A stretch of DNA of 248,000 nt from Andalucia godoyi And28 (taxonomy: Eukaryota > Protista > Jakobida), in contig VRVR01000013.1 in the NCBI GenBank assembly GCA_009859145.1, positions 144,001 to 392,000 of the forward strand, in the 5' to 3' direction. The notes below the pieces were generated by a model. The model was not told the origin of the DNA, did not search any database, and saw only the letters and a program-made list of their open reading frames with translations. How positions within the stretch are numbered: position 1 is the stretch's first letter; each line of letters starts with the position of its first letter. The translations under genes were made by a program, and so were the position numbers. Positions 224,747-235,983 of the stretch are shown piece after piece.

Positions 224747-227700
224747 ATGGGAGTGTATGGTCTTTCTGCATACTTGAAGAAGAATGCAAGCAGTGTCTTT
224801 GACCCCGTCACACTTCCTGCCGAACCGCAGCAGCTGCTTGTAGACTGGAATGGCATCGTGTTTTATCTTATGGAGCAGCATGAAAACAAGCATGCAAAGA
224901 CCACGCTGGGCATTGAGCCCTTCATTACGAATGTGTTTGGCGGTGATCCAGTGTTTTTGGCAAACGGCATAGTCTCGTTTTTTCAGCCTTTTCTTGACAG
225001 AAAACACCAGGTTTCGTGCTATTTGGACGGCCCTCAGCATTCATATGTTGGGTTCCAATTCAAAAAACAGCAAACCATGTTCGATCGCGCATCCGACGAG
225101 GTGAATGTTGCAAAGAAAATCTACCAGATCCTGCGATCGGGTCAGATTCCGAAGTCCCAATCAAGGCTGCGTGCTCGCCTGTTTCAGTTGTGCTCAGCGG
225201 CAAAGTATCTCGCGAGCGCAACTCTGCGAAAACTTGGAGTGAAGTTCGTGCAGTGTGAAGGAGAGGCTGACATTGAGATTCGCAAAGACTTTGAACGACT
225301 GCAGGCATTCGCCGTCATCGGTTTTGATTCAGATTTCGTTATGATGCGGGGCGTTCGCTACATCCCGCTGGACACGGTTTCCTTCAAGAACCAGGCCATT
225401 ACTGCAAAACTAGTTACCGGAGAAAGAGTTGCGTCGCTTCTTGGAATTGCATATGAACGGCTCCCCGACTTGGCCGCGTTATGTGGGAACGATGCAACGA
225501 AGCCCATGATGACTCATTACAAGATCTGGGAACAAATTGGCCTCTTAAGAGGCGACATCGAGGGAATTGCTAATTTCTTGAAAGAGGTTCCCGACCAATT
225601 GTTCCTGAATGTGCCAAGAATTTCAAAGTTATTGAGTCGTGATGTGTCGTTTCGCTCGGCAGTATTATGGACTTATGAGTTCTACGGATTCGAGAATCCA
225701 CAAGGTCTGCACGTGAGCCATCATCCTTCTCCAGAAAAAGGCACTCCTCTTGTGGACAATGTCTTGTTTTCATCTGTCCGACGTCTTCCACAAAAGTGGT
225801 TCGCGCATGACCCGTCGCCTGTAACAGTGAGCGAAATGCAAGGACGCGGAAGCGTTCTCTCGGAATTTATGATTCCATTTTGGAAAACGATGGGCGAGTT
225901 CAGCGGTTCTCCGAGCGTGGAGTTTTTCTATCGTGTCAAGGAAAAATTTGGCAGTCGCCAGGTTCCGTGTTCTGGAAACAGGTCTGTCGCAGAAACCCTT
226001 TTCTCGGAATTGCAAGCGAGTAAGGCTGCACGTCAAAGATTTATGTTCATGTTTTGCACAGCATGGCTAAAGTCTCCTGCGTCCGTCGCAGAGGTCCTGC
226101 ATCTGAATTTGGTGGGCGAGTTTCGGCATCGGTTTCCTTTTATGTCGGACGAAAGATTTCTATCATTTTGCGCGTTCTCCTGTCTACTGCTGTCCCTGAA
226201 CATTGTCTGCAAGACGTTTTCGTTTTCAATTTCTCGTCAAGAAGTAGAAATCATGTTGTTTGTTCTCGCACTTGGGGTTTGGAGACACCCCGTTTCTTTG
226301 GACTCGTCATCGGCGTTGAAAGACATTCCGAAGGGCGCTGGTGACATGTATGCAAGATCCTTCTTCTTGACGTCAGCTTTGCGGTCTCTTCTTTCGCTGC
226401 ACTCGGAATTGGAAGACGAGATTGTTGAGGGGGAGCAATCTATTGCGGATGAAAGTCCGAACTTCAACTTGCTTGCGTGCTTGCTTGTTGAAAGTTACCA
226501 GGGAACGAATAGGACAATTCCTGCGGAATTCTCTTTGCTCCGGATGTCTTGTTCCCAATTCGTGGACAGGCTGTGTTTTCTGTCCCGGGAGCAGTTGGAT
226601 TACGATATCCTGCCCATCCCGTTTGCCGAAACAGAAGTTGATGTTGACGAGTCGGAAGCTGCTGCTGTTGACAGTCTGGATGAAGCGTTTGCATCAGTGC
226701 TCGTGTTTGACGACGACGACAATGAGAACAACCAGAACGACGGGATGTTTGGAGACAATCAGTTTTCTCCAGAGGACGACGATGATGCAATTCTTGAGAA
226801 TCCCAATCCAAAACCGGAGATTGTTGTCCATCTGCATCAGCCAAAGATTTCAGCGACACAGCTGCCGGTGGCCACGCCTGGTGTTCTTCCGATCCATTCG
226901 TTCAAGGATTCTCTGCTGAAAGAAATCGAAGCTCGTCGAGTCGTCTGCATTCAGGGAGAGACAGGGTGTGGAAAATCGACGGGGGTTCCAATCTTTTTGT
227001 ACAACAGCTCTCCAAAGAATCGAATACTTGTGACACAGCCTCGTCGTCTTGCTGCGCGCTCTCTTGCTTCTCATGTTGCCACGTTGGTGGGAACGAAACT
227101 TGGGGATGCGGTCGGCTACCGTGTCGGTTCTGACGCGCTTGTATCAAGGAACACTCGACTGCAATACGTCACCACAGGATACCTGGTTTCATGGCTGATG
227201 CATTATCCAGAACAGCTGTTTTCATTTTCTCACATTGTCCTGGATGAAGTGCATGAGAGATCCGCCGACAGCGACTTTTTGTCGTTGATTATCAAAACGA
227301 TTTGTTCAAGTCAGTCTGGCAAGGACCAACCTTTTCAAACGAAGATCATCATTATGTCGGCAACAATCCAAGCAGAGCTGTTTTCTTCTTATTTTTCGTT
227401 TATGGACCGCACTCCATCTCAGCCGGTGTTTGTTGGCGCTCGGCGGTATCCCGTGCAAGAATGCTTTCTGGAGGACTTTGACCCGCTAATCCAGAGTGAT
227501 GATCGTGCTTCCAAGTCGTATGTAAGGTTAGTCCAAAAGTTTAGAAATCTTGTGAAACGACCGGGCTCTTTTCAGGTTGACCAAGAAATCGTGTCGTTGT
227601 CACTCGAGTTGATATGTGCTCTCATTCGGAGTATCCACAAACTTGGAATATGCATTTTGGTTTTCCTTCCGGGAGCGCAGGAAATACAGGAAATGGAGAC

Positions 227701-230700
227701 GTTACTCCGTCAGATTTTCGACGATGATCACACGAAGATCAACGTTTTGCATTCCCTTTGTGCGGATGATGAACAGTCAGATGCACTGCGATCACTTTCC
227801 GAGATCGAGGCCGAAACAGGGATTATGCCGTGCAAAATTGTGCTTTCTACAAACATTGCAGAGACATCTTTAACGATTCCTGATGTTACGGTGGTCGTGG
227901 ACTCGGGGCTTGCTCGCCAAATTGTGTATGACGGTTCGTCCGGCAATCAGTTGCTGAAGACGGTGTTCATTAGCAGGGCATCAGCACATCAGCGAACTGG
228001 TAGAACAGGCCGCCTCGCCCCAGGTACTGTGTATCGAGCGTACACAAAGTCGTTCATGGGCTTGATTCCACCGTTCGACGATCCGGAAGTGTTGCGAATG
228101 CCGCTGGAGAAACTGGTTCTTGACTGCTTTACTTATCTTGCACCATTTGGAAATCCGCTTAGTTTGCTGATGAATTTACTTCAGCCCCCTTCCTGGTCGT
228201 CCCTCCAAGAGGCACTCGTCCGCTTACGCCTCAGGGGTGCCATGACAGGGTCTTCTTCCGAAAATGATTCAAATGTCAAATTGACGCGACTGGGCTTGCT
228301 AGCGTCCTCCTTATCGAGCGTAGGTTGCGATGTTGATTGTGCATATTTAATCCTGATGGGACTTTCGACAGGGTTTATTGCGGATGCGATTATTTTAGTC
228401 GCCTGCATTCGAAGCGAGAGGGATCTGTTCCTTCAACCGTCCTTGCTGTTCTTGAAGAAGTTCAGCGATTATTCTCGAAAAGTGTTGGCCAACTTTGATC
228501 ATCGATATCGATTTGACCATGGTCGGCAGTCCGAACTTCTTTCGTTACGCGATTTGTACTTGGAGTGGTTGGCCCATGGGTCTCACGATCACTGGGCTGT
228601 TGCAAACGGCGCCTCTTTCCGTTCGTTGAAAGCTCTGGACCATGTTGTTGAGAGTCTTGCATCCACGCTCCATTCGTCACTGTTTGCATCACGCGGAGCG
228701 CACCAATCGGATGCTTTTGCCGGGCTCCATTTCGTCAATTCGACCTGGAAAGATTCCATATGTGCTTCGCTCCGTTTGCTTTCCAATCGAAAATCGCGTT
228801 TTAGTGGTCATTCTTTGTTCATCCCCGCTTCGAAGATACCAACTGCTGCAATGTCGACGAAGCTGGTCTTTTGCGAAGACTCTTCTTTTTTGAGTGTGAT
228901 GTTCGGGATGTGCTTTCATCAATCCTATCTGTTTTCAGGAACGTCCAAAGCGATTGGAACCGTTGCAAAGCGCTTTGTAGCGGTCCACGCCTTGCGCTTC
229001 CCGCAAGCGCCCTCGCTTGCCGCTTCGGCGATCCGAAAGCGCGTGGTTCGATTCCAGGGCGTGTCGCCGTTCGTTCGACAGAATCCGGAGTTTGTCGAGA
229101 AGACGCTTGCGTCTATGGGATTCCACGTAGAAAAAGTGCTTGTGGATGACAAGGCGCTGTTGGTTCTGTTCGGTTCCGCAGCTGATGCAGATGCATCGAA
229201 AGCTGTTGGCGTTGGAGCACGGTTGGACGATTGCATTGGTGACATTAAGCGCCTGTCGCAGCTTTCCCACAAGGCAGTGTGCTACTTGCCGAAAACGGTA
229301 GACTCGCAAGCCTTCCGCACTTCACACTCCGTCGTTGCTGCGGCCGAAGATGCTGATGGCGACAATGCTCTTGAAGATTTGAAGACTGATAAGGCATCCT
229401 TGACTACCATGTTGGATTCCCAGGCAGAGAAATTGGGAAATCTTGAGTGTGAGTGCGTGGTTCGCTGGCGGTGGACGCAGTCTCCTGCCATCAATGCTCG
229501 CACGAACTGGAGGTCCCCTATCGGCTTGTTGTGTTCGCATCACGCGGAGGCCACACTGTATGCTGTTTCTGCAACAGTCCACCTTTACCAACCGCTTCAA
229601 GGCCCTACTATGGGATTTATTTCAACGTTCGCACTGCTTCCCGCAAATCCACGTGGACTGACTCCTTTGATACTGTCTGCGCTAGTTCCAAAAGAATATC
229701 AGACGAAATTCCAGGTTGTAATAGACGACGATTACGGTCTCGATCGCTCCTTTAGCAAATGCGAAATTAGTGATGATGATGATGATGATGATGATAATGA
229801 TAATGATAATGACGATTTTCCGGTAGGGAATTCAGCTTCTCGCGATCCTCAGTTTGAAAAGAATTCTGTTCAAGTGTTTGTTTCTCGCGACATGCGCACT
229901 GTTTTTGCGATGCGCACCTCCAAAATGATATTCAATTTCCATCAGTCGGTGGATTTCAATGCTTATTTATCTGACATCAATGTCATTCGCAAGGTTGTAT
230001 CGGAGCTCTTCAATCCAGATGCGGTTGCGGTATGCGGTTCGTTTTCTGCATCCTTTTCGGAATTTTTGGCCAAGTACACTGCAATATTGACGCCTCCCCA
230101 CGATCCACGCCTTGAGAAGGGGGCTTATTGGATTCATCTCGAGTTTGAGGACTTTGATCGCTGTTTTCTGCCACCGCTTTTGATAGCGAAACAAAAGGCA
230201 CAACACCCCAAATCCGCTGTTTCATCTGTACTTCCGCAGTCTCTCTCTGCTTCAGTGGACGTCGGCTCCAATTGTGGTGACCCACAGAGTCAGGAGGCCA
230301 TTGCGGCAGCATTGGCGAGTGTCGGCACCATGCGCCCATTCATCACGCTGTCTCCGTATTGGGACTTTCTGCACGACAAGTTGTCTGCGACCGATACCGC
230401 GTCTGTCTTGACTCTTCATAGTGACTGTGAAGAGAAGTTACGACAGCACTATCCCGGGCTCGCCCCGGGGATGGCTGATGCCTGCTTCGCGAATTGGCTT
230501 TCGCTCTTGCGCCCTACTGTGGTTTTGAAAGTCTTTTATGCGTTTCACAGCGGAGCCAATGTGACGATCACCAGGAAACGGTTGCCAGGTTTCGCCTACG
230601 GTATTAGTCGATATGAGTTTTTGCTTCAGAATCGACGACTGGAATCGCTGAAGTTTCAAATTGCGACGTTTACTCGTTTGGTGGAGCAGGCTAGCAATCT

Positions 230701-231244
230701 CGAATACGAACTGTTCATGTTGAACTCCAGCATCTTTCTTCAGCTCATTTCTGTATACGGCGGAGTGTCCGGGTCTGGTGGTGCACCAGTGCGGCATTTT
230801 GATGTTTCCAGTTACTTCAAAATTCCCGTGAAGCAGTTCAAGGTCGTGATTCAACAGTATCGTGTACCGGACGACATTGCGCTCGACAAAACCGAGACCG
230901 ATTTCATCAACGTGGTCCCCACGGAGGTGTCCCCGATTGCCTTATCTGCACTGATGATCATGCACAATCAATCGGGAGCAGAGCTTATCTTGTCGTATAC
231001 CGCGCAAGGCTGGGATGTTTCGGTCAATCTGCTGATGCTCTGTCTGGGTGACGTGGTTCCAGATAGTTTCCACTCCCGACTTTTCAGCTCTCATTTCAGA
231101 GATCAATTAGCGGCTACTCGACGAGAAAGAGCTCCTCTGCCACTTCACGTTCCAAAAATGAGGAAGGGACGGCGAGAGTCACGGGATCCAGTCAGCAGCC
231201 CGTCAGCCGTAAGCGGAAGCAGGACGGGGCGGCCTGCCAAATGA
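224747..231244 (+). CDS. PIN/XPG-like nuclease domain fused to DEAH-box helicase
   Basis: MGVYGL..LVDWN..YLDG..EGEAD..DSDF..CGND; GETGCGKS, DEVHER, SAT, STNIAETS, QRTGRTGR. Confidence 0.8.
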   Translation: MGVYGLSAYLKKNASSVFDPVTLPAEPQQLLVDWNGIVFYLMEQHENKHAKTTLGIEPFITNVFGGDPVFLANGIVSFFQPFLDRKHQVSCYLDGPQHSYVGFQFKKQQTMFDRASDEVNVAKKIYQILRSGQIPKSQSRLRARLFQLCSAAKYLASATLRKLGVKFVQCEGEADIEIRKDFERLQAFAVIGFDSDFVMMRGVRYIPLDTVSFKNQAITAKLVTGERVASLLGIAYERLPDLAALCGNDATKPMMTHYKIWEQIGLLRGDIEGIANFLKEVPDQLFLNVPRISKLLSRDVSFRSAVLWTYEFYGFENPQGLHVSHHPSPEKGTPLVDNVLFSSVRRLPQKWFAHDPSPVTVSEMQGRGSVLSEFMIPFWKTMGEFSGSPSVEFFYRVKEKFGSRQVPCSGNRSVAETLFSELQASKAARQRFMFMFCTAWLKSPASVAEVLHLNLVGEFRHRFPFMSDERFLSFCAFSCLLLSLNIVCKTFSFSISRQEVEIMLFVLALGVWRHPVSLDSSSALKDIPKGAGDMYARSFFLTSALRSLLSLHSELEDEIVEGEQSIADESPNFNLLACLLVESYQGTNRTIPAEFSLLRMSCSQFVDRLCFLSREQLDYDILPIPFAETEVDVDESEAAAVDSLDEAFASVLVFDDDDNENNQNDGMFGDNQFSPEDDDDAILENPNPKPEIVVHLHQPKISATQLPVATPGVLPIHSFKDSLLKEIEARRVVCIQGETGCGKSTGVPIFLYNSSPKNRILVTQPRRLAARSLASHVATLVGTKLGDAVGYRVGSDALVSRNTRLQYVTTGYLVSWLMHYPEQLFSFSHIVLDEVHERSADSDFLSLIIKTICSSQSGKDQPFQTKIIIMSATIQAELFSSYFSFMDRTPSQPVFVGARRYPVQECFLEDFDPLIQSDDRASKSYVRLVQKFRNLVKRPGSFQVDQEIVSLSLELICALIRSIHKLGICILVFLPGAQEIQEMETLLRQIFDDDHTKINVLHSLCADDEQSDALRSLSEIEAETGIMPCKIVLSTNIAETSLTIPDVTVVVDSGLARQIVYDGSSGNQLLKTVFISRASAHQRTGRTGRLAPGTVYRAYTKSFMGLIPPFDDPEVLRMPLEKLVLDCFTYLAPFGNPLSLLMNLLQPPSWSSLQEALVRLRLRGAMTGSSSENDSNVKLTRLGLLASSLSSVGCDVDCAYLILMGLSTGFIADAIILVACIRSERDLFLQPSLLFLKKFSDYSRKVLANFDHRYRFDHGRQSELLSLRDLYLEWLAHGSHDHWAVANGASFRSLKALDHVVESLASTLHSSLFASRGAHQSDAFAGLHFVNSTWKDSICASLRLLSNRKSRFSGHSLFIPASKIPTAAMSTKLVFCEDSSFLSVMFGMCFHQSYLFSGTSKAIGTVAKRFVAVHALRFPQAPSLAASAIRKRVVRFQGVSPFVRQNPEFVEKTLASMGFHVEKVLVDDKALLVLFGSAADADASKAVGVGARLDDCIGDIKRLSQLSHKAVCYLPKTVDSQAFRTSHSVVAAAEDADGDNALEDLKTDKASLTTMLDSQAEKLGNLECECVVRWRWTQSPAINARTNWRSPIGLLCSHHAEATLYAVSATVHLYQPLQGPTMGFISTFALLPANPRGLTPLILSALVPKEYQTKFQVVIDDDYGLDRSFSKCEISDDDDDDDDNDNDNDDFPVGNSASRDPQFEKNSVQVFVSRDMRTVFAMRTSKMIFNFHQSVDFNAYLSDINVIRKVVSELFNPDAVAVCGSFSASFSEFLAKYTAILTPPHDPRLEKGAYWIHLEFEDFDRCFLPPLLIAKQKAQHPKSAVSSVLPQSLSASVDVGSNCGDPQSQEAIAAALASVGTMRPFITLSPYWDFLHDKLSATDTASVLTLHSDCEEKLRQHYPGLAPGMADACFANWLSLLRPTVVLKVFYAFHSGANVTITRKRLPGFAYGISRYEFLLQNRRLESLKFQIATFTRLVEQASNLEYELFMLNSSIFLQLISVYGGVSGSGGAPVRHFDVSSYFKIPVKQFKVVIQQYRVPDDIALDKTETDFINVVPTEVSPIALSALMIMHNQSGAELILSYTAQGWDVSVNLLMLCLGDVVPDSFHSRLFSSHFRDQLAATRRERAPLPLHVPKMRKGRRESRDPVSSPSAVSGSRTGRPAK

Positions 231245-231323
231245 CGAAATAAGGATAAAACAAAAAAAGAGAGGAAGAAAAGAAAGGCGCAGTGGATGCT
231301 GCAGTGTCTTTTTTTGTTCTTCT

Positions 231324-231599
231324 TCAAGGCTGTTCTGACCGCTTCTTCATCGTCTCCCTCGACCAAGCGTATCGCGATCCAACTGCCGTGAGATGCGCAG
231401 CTTGGATTTTTACAGTTTCCAGGTGCGTTTCGCCCAGTGCATATAAAAATTGTATCTTTTCGGTGTCTGTTTCATGCATGTTTTCCCGAAACTCTGCTCG
231501 TGTCCGGTGCACAATGAACTGTCGACGATTTTCCGTTGGCATGTGCTGCCCAGCGCGTATCAACGACCGATAAAGACCAATGATGTGCTGCTTCATCAT
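231324..231599 (-). CDS. LYR-motif protein
   Basis: IIGLYRSLIRAG..RTRAEFREN. Confidence 0.7.
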   Translation of the reverse strand: MMKQHIIGLYRSLIRAGQHMPTENRRQFIVHRTRAEFRENMHETDTEKIQFLYALGETHLETVKIQAAHLTAVGSRYAWSRETMKKRSEQP

Positions 231600-232445
231600 C
231601 CTCCCGTGTGTGACTGTGCGTTTCTGCGAGTGTGCGAGTGTGCAAATGACCGACTGTCGATGGTTCTGATACGGAAACGCCACCGCAACGTCAAGATTGG
231701 ACGCACGAAATCGAATGAGCTGTTGGGCAAACGAAAGAAAGCGAAAACTCAAACACCGGCTTTTTTTCTATTTGTCTACACTTGTCGACTTCCAAGTTCG
231801 CGACCAGTTGCCAGATCAAAAGCGAAGCTACTGTAGTGCGTACGATCGAACGGAGACTGATCATCCGCGAGTATTGGATGTCTGCGGTCTTTGGTTCGTT
231901 CGTTCCCAACGTTCGCGTGGGCACGGAGAAGTGTTGACTTGTCAGCAGCAACCAGTGACAAGAAAAAAAAAAAGATATTGTGTGAGATGCCGCTGGAGAA
232001 CTCAGGTGCCTTCCGGCTATTCACTACGGGCATATGTTGCGTTGGGCTTGCCTACGGCGTGCTATTGGCGGACTATGGCGACAAGGAACATGTCTTTTCT
232101 CCAGTATGTCTTGTTTACCATTTCTTCTTCTTCTTCTTCTTCTTCTTCTTCTTCTTCTTCTTCTTCTACTTGTCTTGTTCGTTGTCAGTGGAATGGTGGC
232201 CTAACAGCTTGAGTGTTTGACACGCTGTAGTTTCGCAGATGGGTTTCGGCTCGGAAACGCGAGCTGTCCGAGGCGGTCACGCGACACAACCAGTCTGCAA
232301 GTGCGATTGGCAAGGTTGGCAAGGATGCTTGAGCTTGTTTATTGTGTAATAGAGAAACGAATGTACATTTTTTAGTTTAAAAAAATAATGATAATAATGA
232401 TAATAACTGGAAATTTAAGAAACCGTGTTGTTGCATTTCTTCTTA

Positions 232446-232650
232446 ATATCACCCTCCATCCCAAACGTCTGGTGGATGATGTGGTATCATCAGATAGTAT
232501 GACCGAGATGGCAGCCGTCGGCATTGCTGTTGAATGAAGGCCGGCCTTTTCGCACTGCAGATTGCTGTTACCGGTTTTTGTTGCTGTTGTTGCTGTTGTT
232601 GCGGAGTAAGTGTGCAGGTCGAGGCCCAATGGAACACTGTCGAATTGTAA
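232446..232650 (-). mobile_element. Family D copy 3 (right end)
   Basis: Reads GPRPAHLLRN; ends tttgggatggagggtgatat like copy 1. Confidence 0.6.
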
Positions 232651-232918
232651 AAGCCACTTTACGCAGAAAATCTCTCTGAGGCACAGCATGCGAGCCGAAT
232701 GTCAGGAGAGATTTGGGTTGGAGGGTAAAAAAATACTTATAAATGGATGTTTTACATCAATTAAAGGAATCGACTGGTTCCGGGAGCTTACTGAAATGTT
232801 AACAGGAAAAAAAAGATGCTATTCCAAGCACTATGCGACGAATACCATACACACACATCCACAAGCACATACATACATACACACAGAACAAAGCAAGCAA
232901 ATTAAAAGGCAAAACAAG

Positions 232919-235213
232919 CTAACAAATGTACTTTTTCAAGACGATTGCCTGCGCAACGGACCACTGATACTTTCGGGCATGCTCTCGAATCACAAACGGT
233001 AAGTCGCGACGCTCACACAGAGAGAATCCTCGGTCTCTGAGGGCCTGGACGACCGCATCCGACGTTTCAACTGCATGACCTTGTTCGTCATAAAATCCTC
233101 CCATCCATTCTCGCTTCGGCGTGAACTGCTCAAGCCAGGTGAACGGTGAGGTCAGGACAAGCACGCCTCCAGGGGCCACCAATGCAGCCAAGCGATCAAG
233201 CATCATACCGGGCGAATGTACCCGGTCGACGAGGTTTGCAGCCAACAATGCATTCACAGTACCTCCGATATCCTTGGGGTCCAGCAGACAGGCATCGCCT
233301 TGTTGGAAATGCACTGTCCGCGAAGCGTCCGCCAGCGCCGACTTGAGATCATCGTCCAGTTCGCGGCTAATCGAGGTTGCGATTTCGCCTTGTTCAATTC
233401 GTCGGAAAGAGGCGGAACGAGATTGCAATACCTGCTGACACGCTTTCACAAATGCGTGAGAATAGTCAATTCCAATCGAATGACCAAAGTATCGCGCCAT
233501 TTCAAGAGTGGAGCGGCCAACCGCACAGCCAAGATCCAAAGCGCGAAGATCTGCGGTGTCCACACCAGTGTGCTCTCCATACTTCACAAACATTTGCACA
233601 AGAAGATCGCCGCAGCGCTTGGGAAACTGCAAGGCACTTTTCGGCCCGAATGGATACGGCATAATGTCATCGTCTGATCCATAATGGAACAACATGTACT
233701 CATCTACAAGCTTCTGTGTTTCGTAGATATTCTCGTCTTGTTCCTTGGTGCTCTGAGACATTTCGGTTGCAGCATTCAGTCGCCCCGTCTCCACTTCCTG
233801 CGCAGTCATTTCACGAGCAATGCGGAAGCCAGCATGTTGATGAAAATGGCGTCGGAAAGCATACCGTGCATACCCAGACGCTTCATTTCCGGTGGATACC
233901 CAGCTGCCTCCAACAATGATATTGTGTTTTCCGTCAAAGCACGGAGTAGAGAAGTCCTCGTACAGCTCATGCGTCCGGAAACCGGGGAACGGCTGATTGT
234001 CTGTTTCCGTCCAGCACCAAACATTTCCAAACACGTCGTACACTCCATGTTCGGTGGGAGCATGCATGTTCACAGGAGTGGATGATGTATATCGCACCAT
234101 GAAATTGGCATCAAAGTTTGCTTGACAAGAAACGTCAGAAAGCGCACCTCTGGAGACGGGAAGTTTCGAGATCGGTCGCATTGCATGGTGCTCTGCCTCG
234201 GTGATGAGGCGGAAGTCGCTGGCCGGATTCTCAACGCTGGTTCGCCACTTCGCATACGCAGATGCTTCCAGATAGTTGACTTCGACGGGCCACGTCAATG
234301 GCAGATCAATTTCATCCCACATTAAGCGCAGCTTGAAACCAGTTTCCGCGTCCACAGACGGTACCCAGAATAATGGATGGCAAGACTTGTTGGAGGAACT
234401 CTTGAACTGGACCCAACCCCAGCCTTCGGATGTCCAATACCCAGGATCTTGGTACCCACCCGCATTCACAAATTCCAGAAACTCGGCATTTGTGATGTAG
234501 AACTGGGACACAAGAAAAGGCCGGATGGATTCTATGCGAGTTCCGTATTCGACGTCCCACCCATACAACGGGAAGGAATAGTCCTTTCCGAGCCGAACGA
234601 CTTGTCCAGGAATCCTGACCAGCTGATTTCGCAGCGGTTGCTGCGAGTCGTCCGGGCTCTTGGACGATGGGCCATATTTTGCCCACGCCGGCCGTTTGAC
234701 GCAGTGGATCGGCAACTGGCGAATGAGAACGGAAGACGTCTCGTAGTGAATCCGCTCGTGCTCCATTCCCATCATGACCACCCATTCCTTTGAATCCCAT
234801 CGCACAGGCTTCTTCCAGTCAAATGACTCGATCTGCGCAATGACCATCTCGCGCACAGTGTCGCGATACTTCCAAACAGACGATGCGGGGACTCTATCGA
234901 GCTTTGTGTCCTGCGTCAAGTCATCCCACGACATTTCGTCCACCCCGACCTCAAAATCACGTTCATACTGCTCGTTGATCGGCGCCGCAAGACATCCCGC
235001 TCGGCGGAACTTCACTGCATAAAACACCGCAGTGTGGCCAAGATAAAAGATGAGCTTACGACGAAGCCGATCGGGCTGCATGTACAGAACATCATCCGAT
235101 GCAAGCGTTCGGAAGAGATCTTCGTACAGGTCGTATGTGTTCAGGAAATACGCCTTGACGTTGTCGCAGCTGAGCTGATTCAAGTCCAGTCCGGGGAGAG
235201 ACAACTGCTTCAT
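232919..235213 (-). CDS. ovoA: Ovothiol biosynthesis enzyme (5-histidylcysteine sulfoxide synthase plus methyltransferase)
   Basis: IFYLGHT, EHERIHYETS, FGE-sulfatase domain, LDLGCAVGR methyltransferase. Confidence 0.9.
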   Translation of the reverse strand: MKQLSLPGLDLNQLSCDNVKAYFLNTYDLYEDLFRTLASDDVLYMQPDRLRRKLIFYLGHTAVFYAVKFRRAGCLAAPINEQYERDFEVGVDEMSWDDLTQDTKLDRVPASSVWKYRDTVREMVIAQIESFDWKKPVRWDSKEWVVMMGMEHERIHYETSSVLIRQLPIHCVKRPAWAKYGPSSKSPDDSQQPLRNQLVRIPGQVVRLGKDYSFPLYGWDVEYGTRIESIRPFLVSQFYITNAEFLEFVNAGGYQDPGYWTSEGWGWVQFKSSSNKSCHPLFWVPSVDAETGFKLRLMWDEIDLPLTWPVEVNYLEASAYAKWRTSVENPASDFRLITEAEHHAMRPISKLPVSRGALSDVSCQANFDANFMVRYTSSTPVNMHAPTEHGVYDVFGNVWCWTETDNQPFPGFRTHELYEDFSTPCFDGKHNIIVGGSWVSTGNEASGYARYAFRRHFHQHAGFRIAREMTAQEVETGRLNAATEMSQSTKEQDENIYETQKLVDEYMLFHYGSDDDIMPYPFGPKSALQFPKRCGDLLVQMFVKYGEHTGVDTADLRALDLGCAVGRSTLEMARYFGHSIGIDYSHAFVKACQQVLQSRSASFRRIEQGEIATSISRELDDDLKSALADASRTVHFQQGDACLLDPKDIGGTVNALLAANLVDRVHSPGMMLDRLAALVAPGGVLVLTSPFTWLEQFTPKREWMGGFYDEQGHAVETSDAVVQALRDRGFSLCERRDLPFVIREHARKYQWSVAQAIVLKKYIC

Positions 235214-235848
235214 AGCGACGGAGAGAGTAAATCCGTTTGTTTGGCCGAGTACAAAGCAATCAAGTATGAGAGGTGAGAGTGGGAGATAAGAACGGGAGGG
235301 GAACAAAGATAGAAAAATAATGACTATAAACTAAAATATAATCAAAAATGTTGTTAAAAAAGATTTTAAAAAATGGGGAAAATTTTGGTAAAAATGGAAA
235401 CAAACATGAGGAAATGAGCGGAGTCAAAGTGGAGCAATTCGGAAGGAAAATTCAGCGATTTTCACGAGTTGCCGCAATTAAAACGAAATAAAATAGCGCC
235501 GCAATGTTTTTTGAAGTCTGCTGGCGGAGGGAATCGGAGGAAAAGCGTGCAATCTCTGCAAATCTGCACCAACAAATCTTTTTTTCCTTTTATGCCTGCA
235601 GTTTGCACGCATCGGGCATCGGGGGCGTCGGGCATTGGAGGATGAGGATCCGGGCCGTGATCGGGGCATTTTGGGGGCATTTTGGGAAAGAGCATGAGTC
235701 CATATGAGCAAGTCGTCTACAGCAGATGAGACACAAACGGACTGTTTTTCCAGCTGCTGTACAAGCAAAACACGCAGTATGAAAGTCTCGTAGGCTCTGG
235801 GCGTTTTGCACGGCTAGTATTCTTTCGTTTGTGTCCCTCATCCATGCA

Positions 235849-235903
<55 letters not shown>

Positions 235904-235983
235904 TACACAGACACAGACACAGACACAGACACACGGGGGCGGCCACGTAGGAAAGTGACAATAGTGGTCATCGAAGAGTCTAT

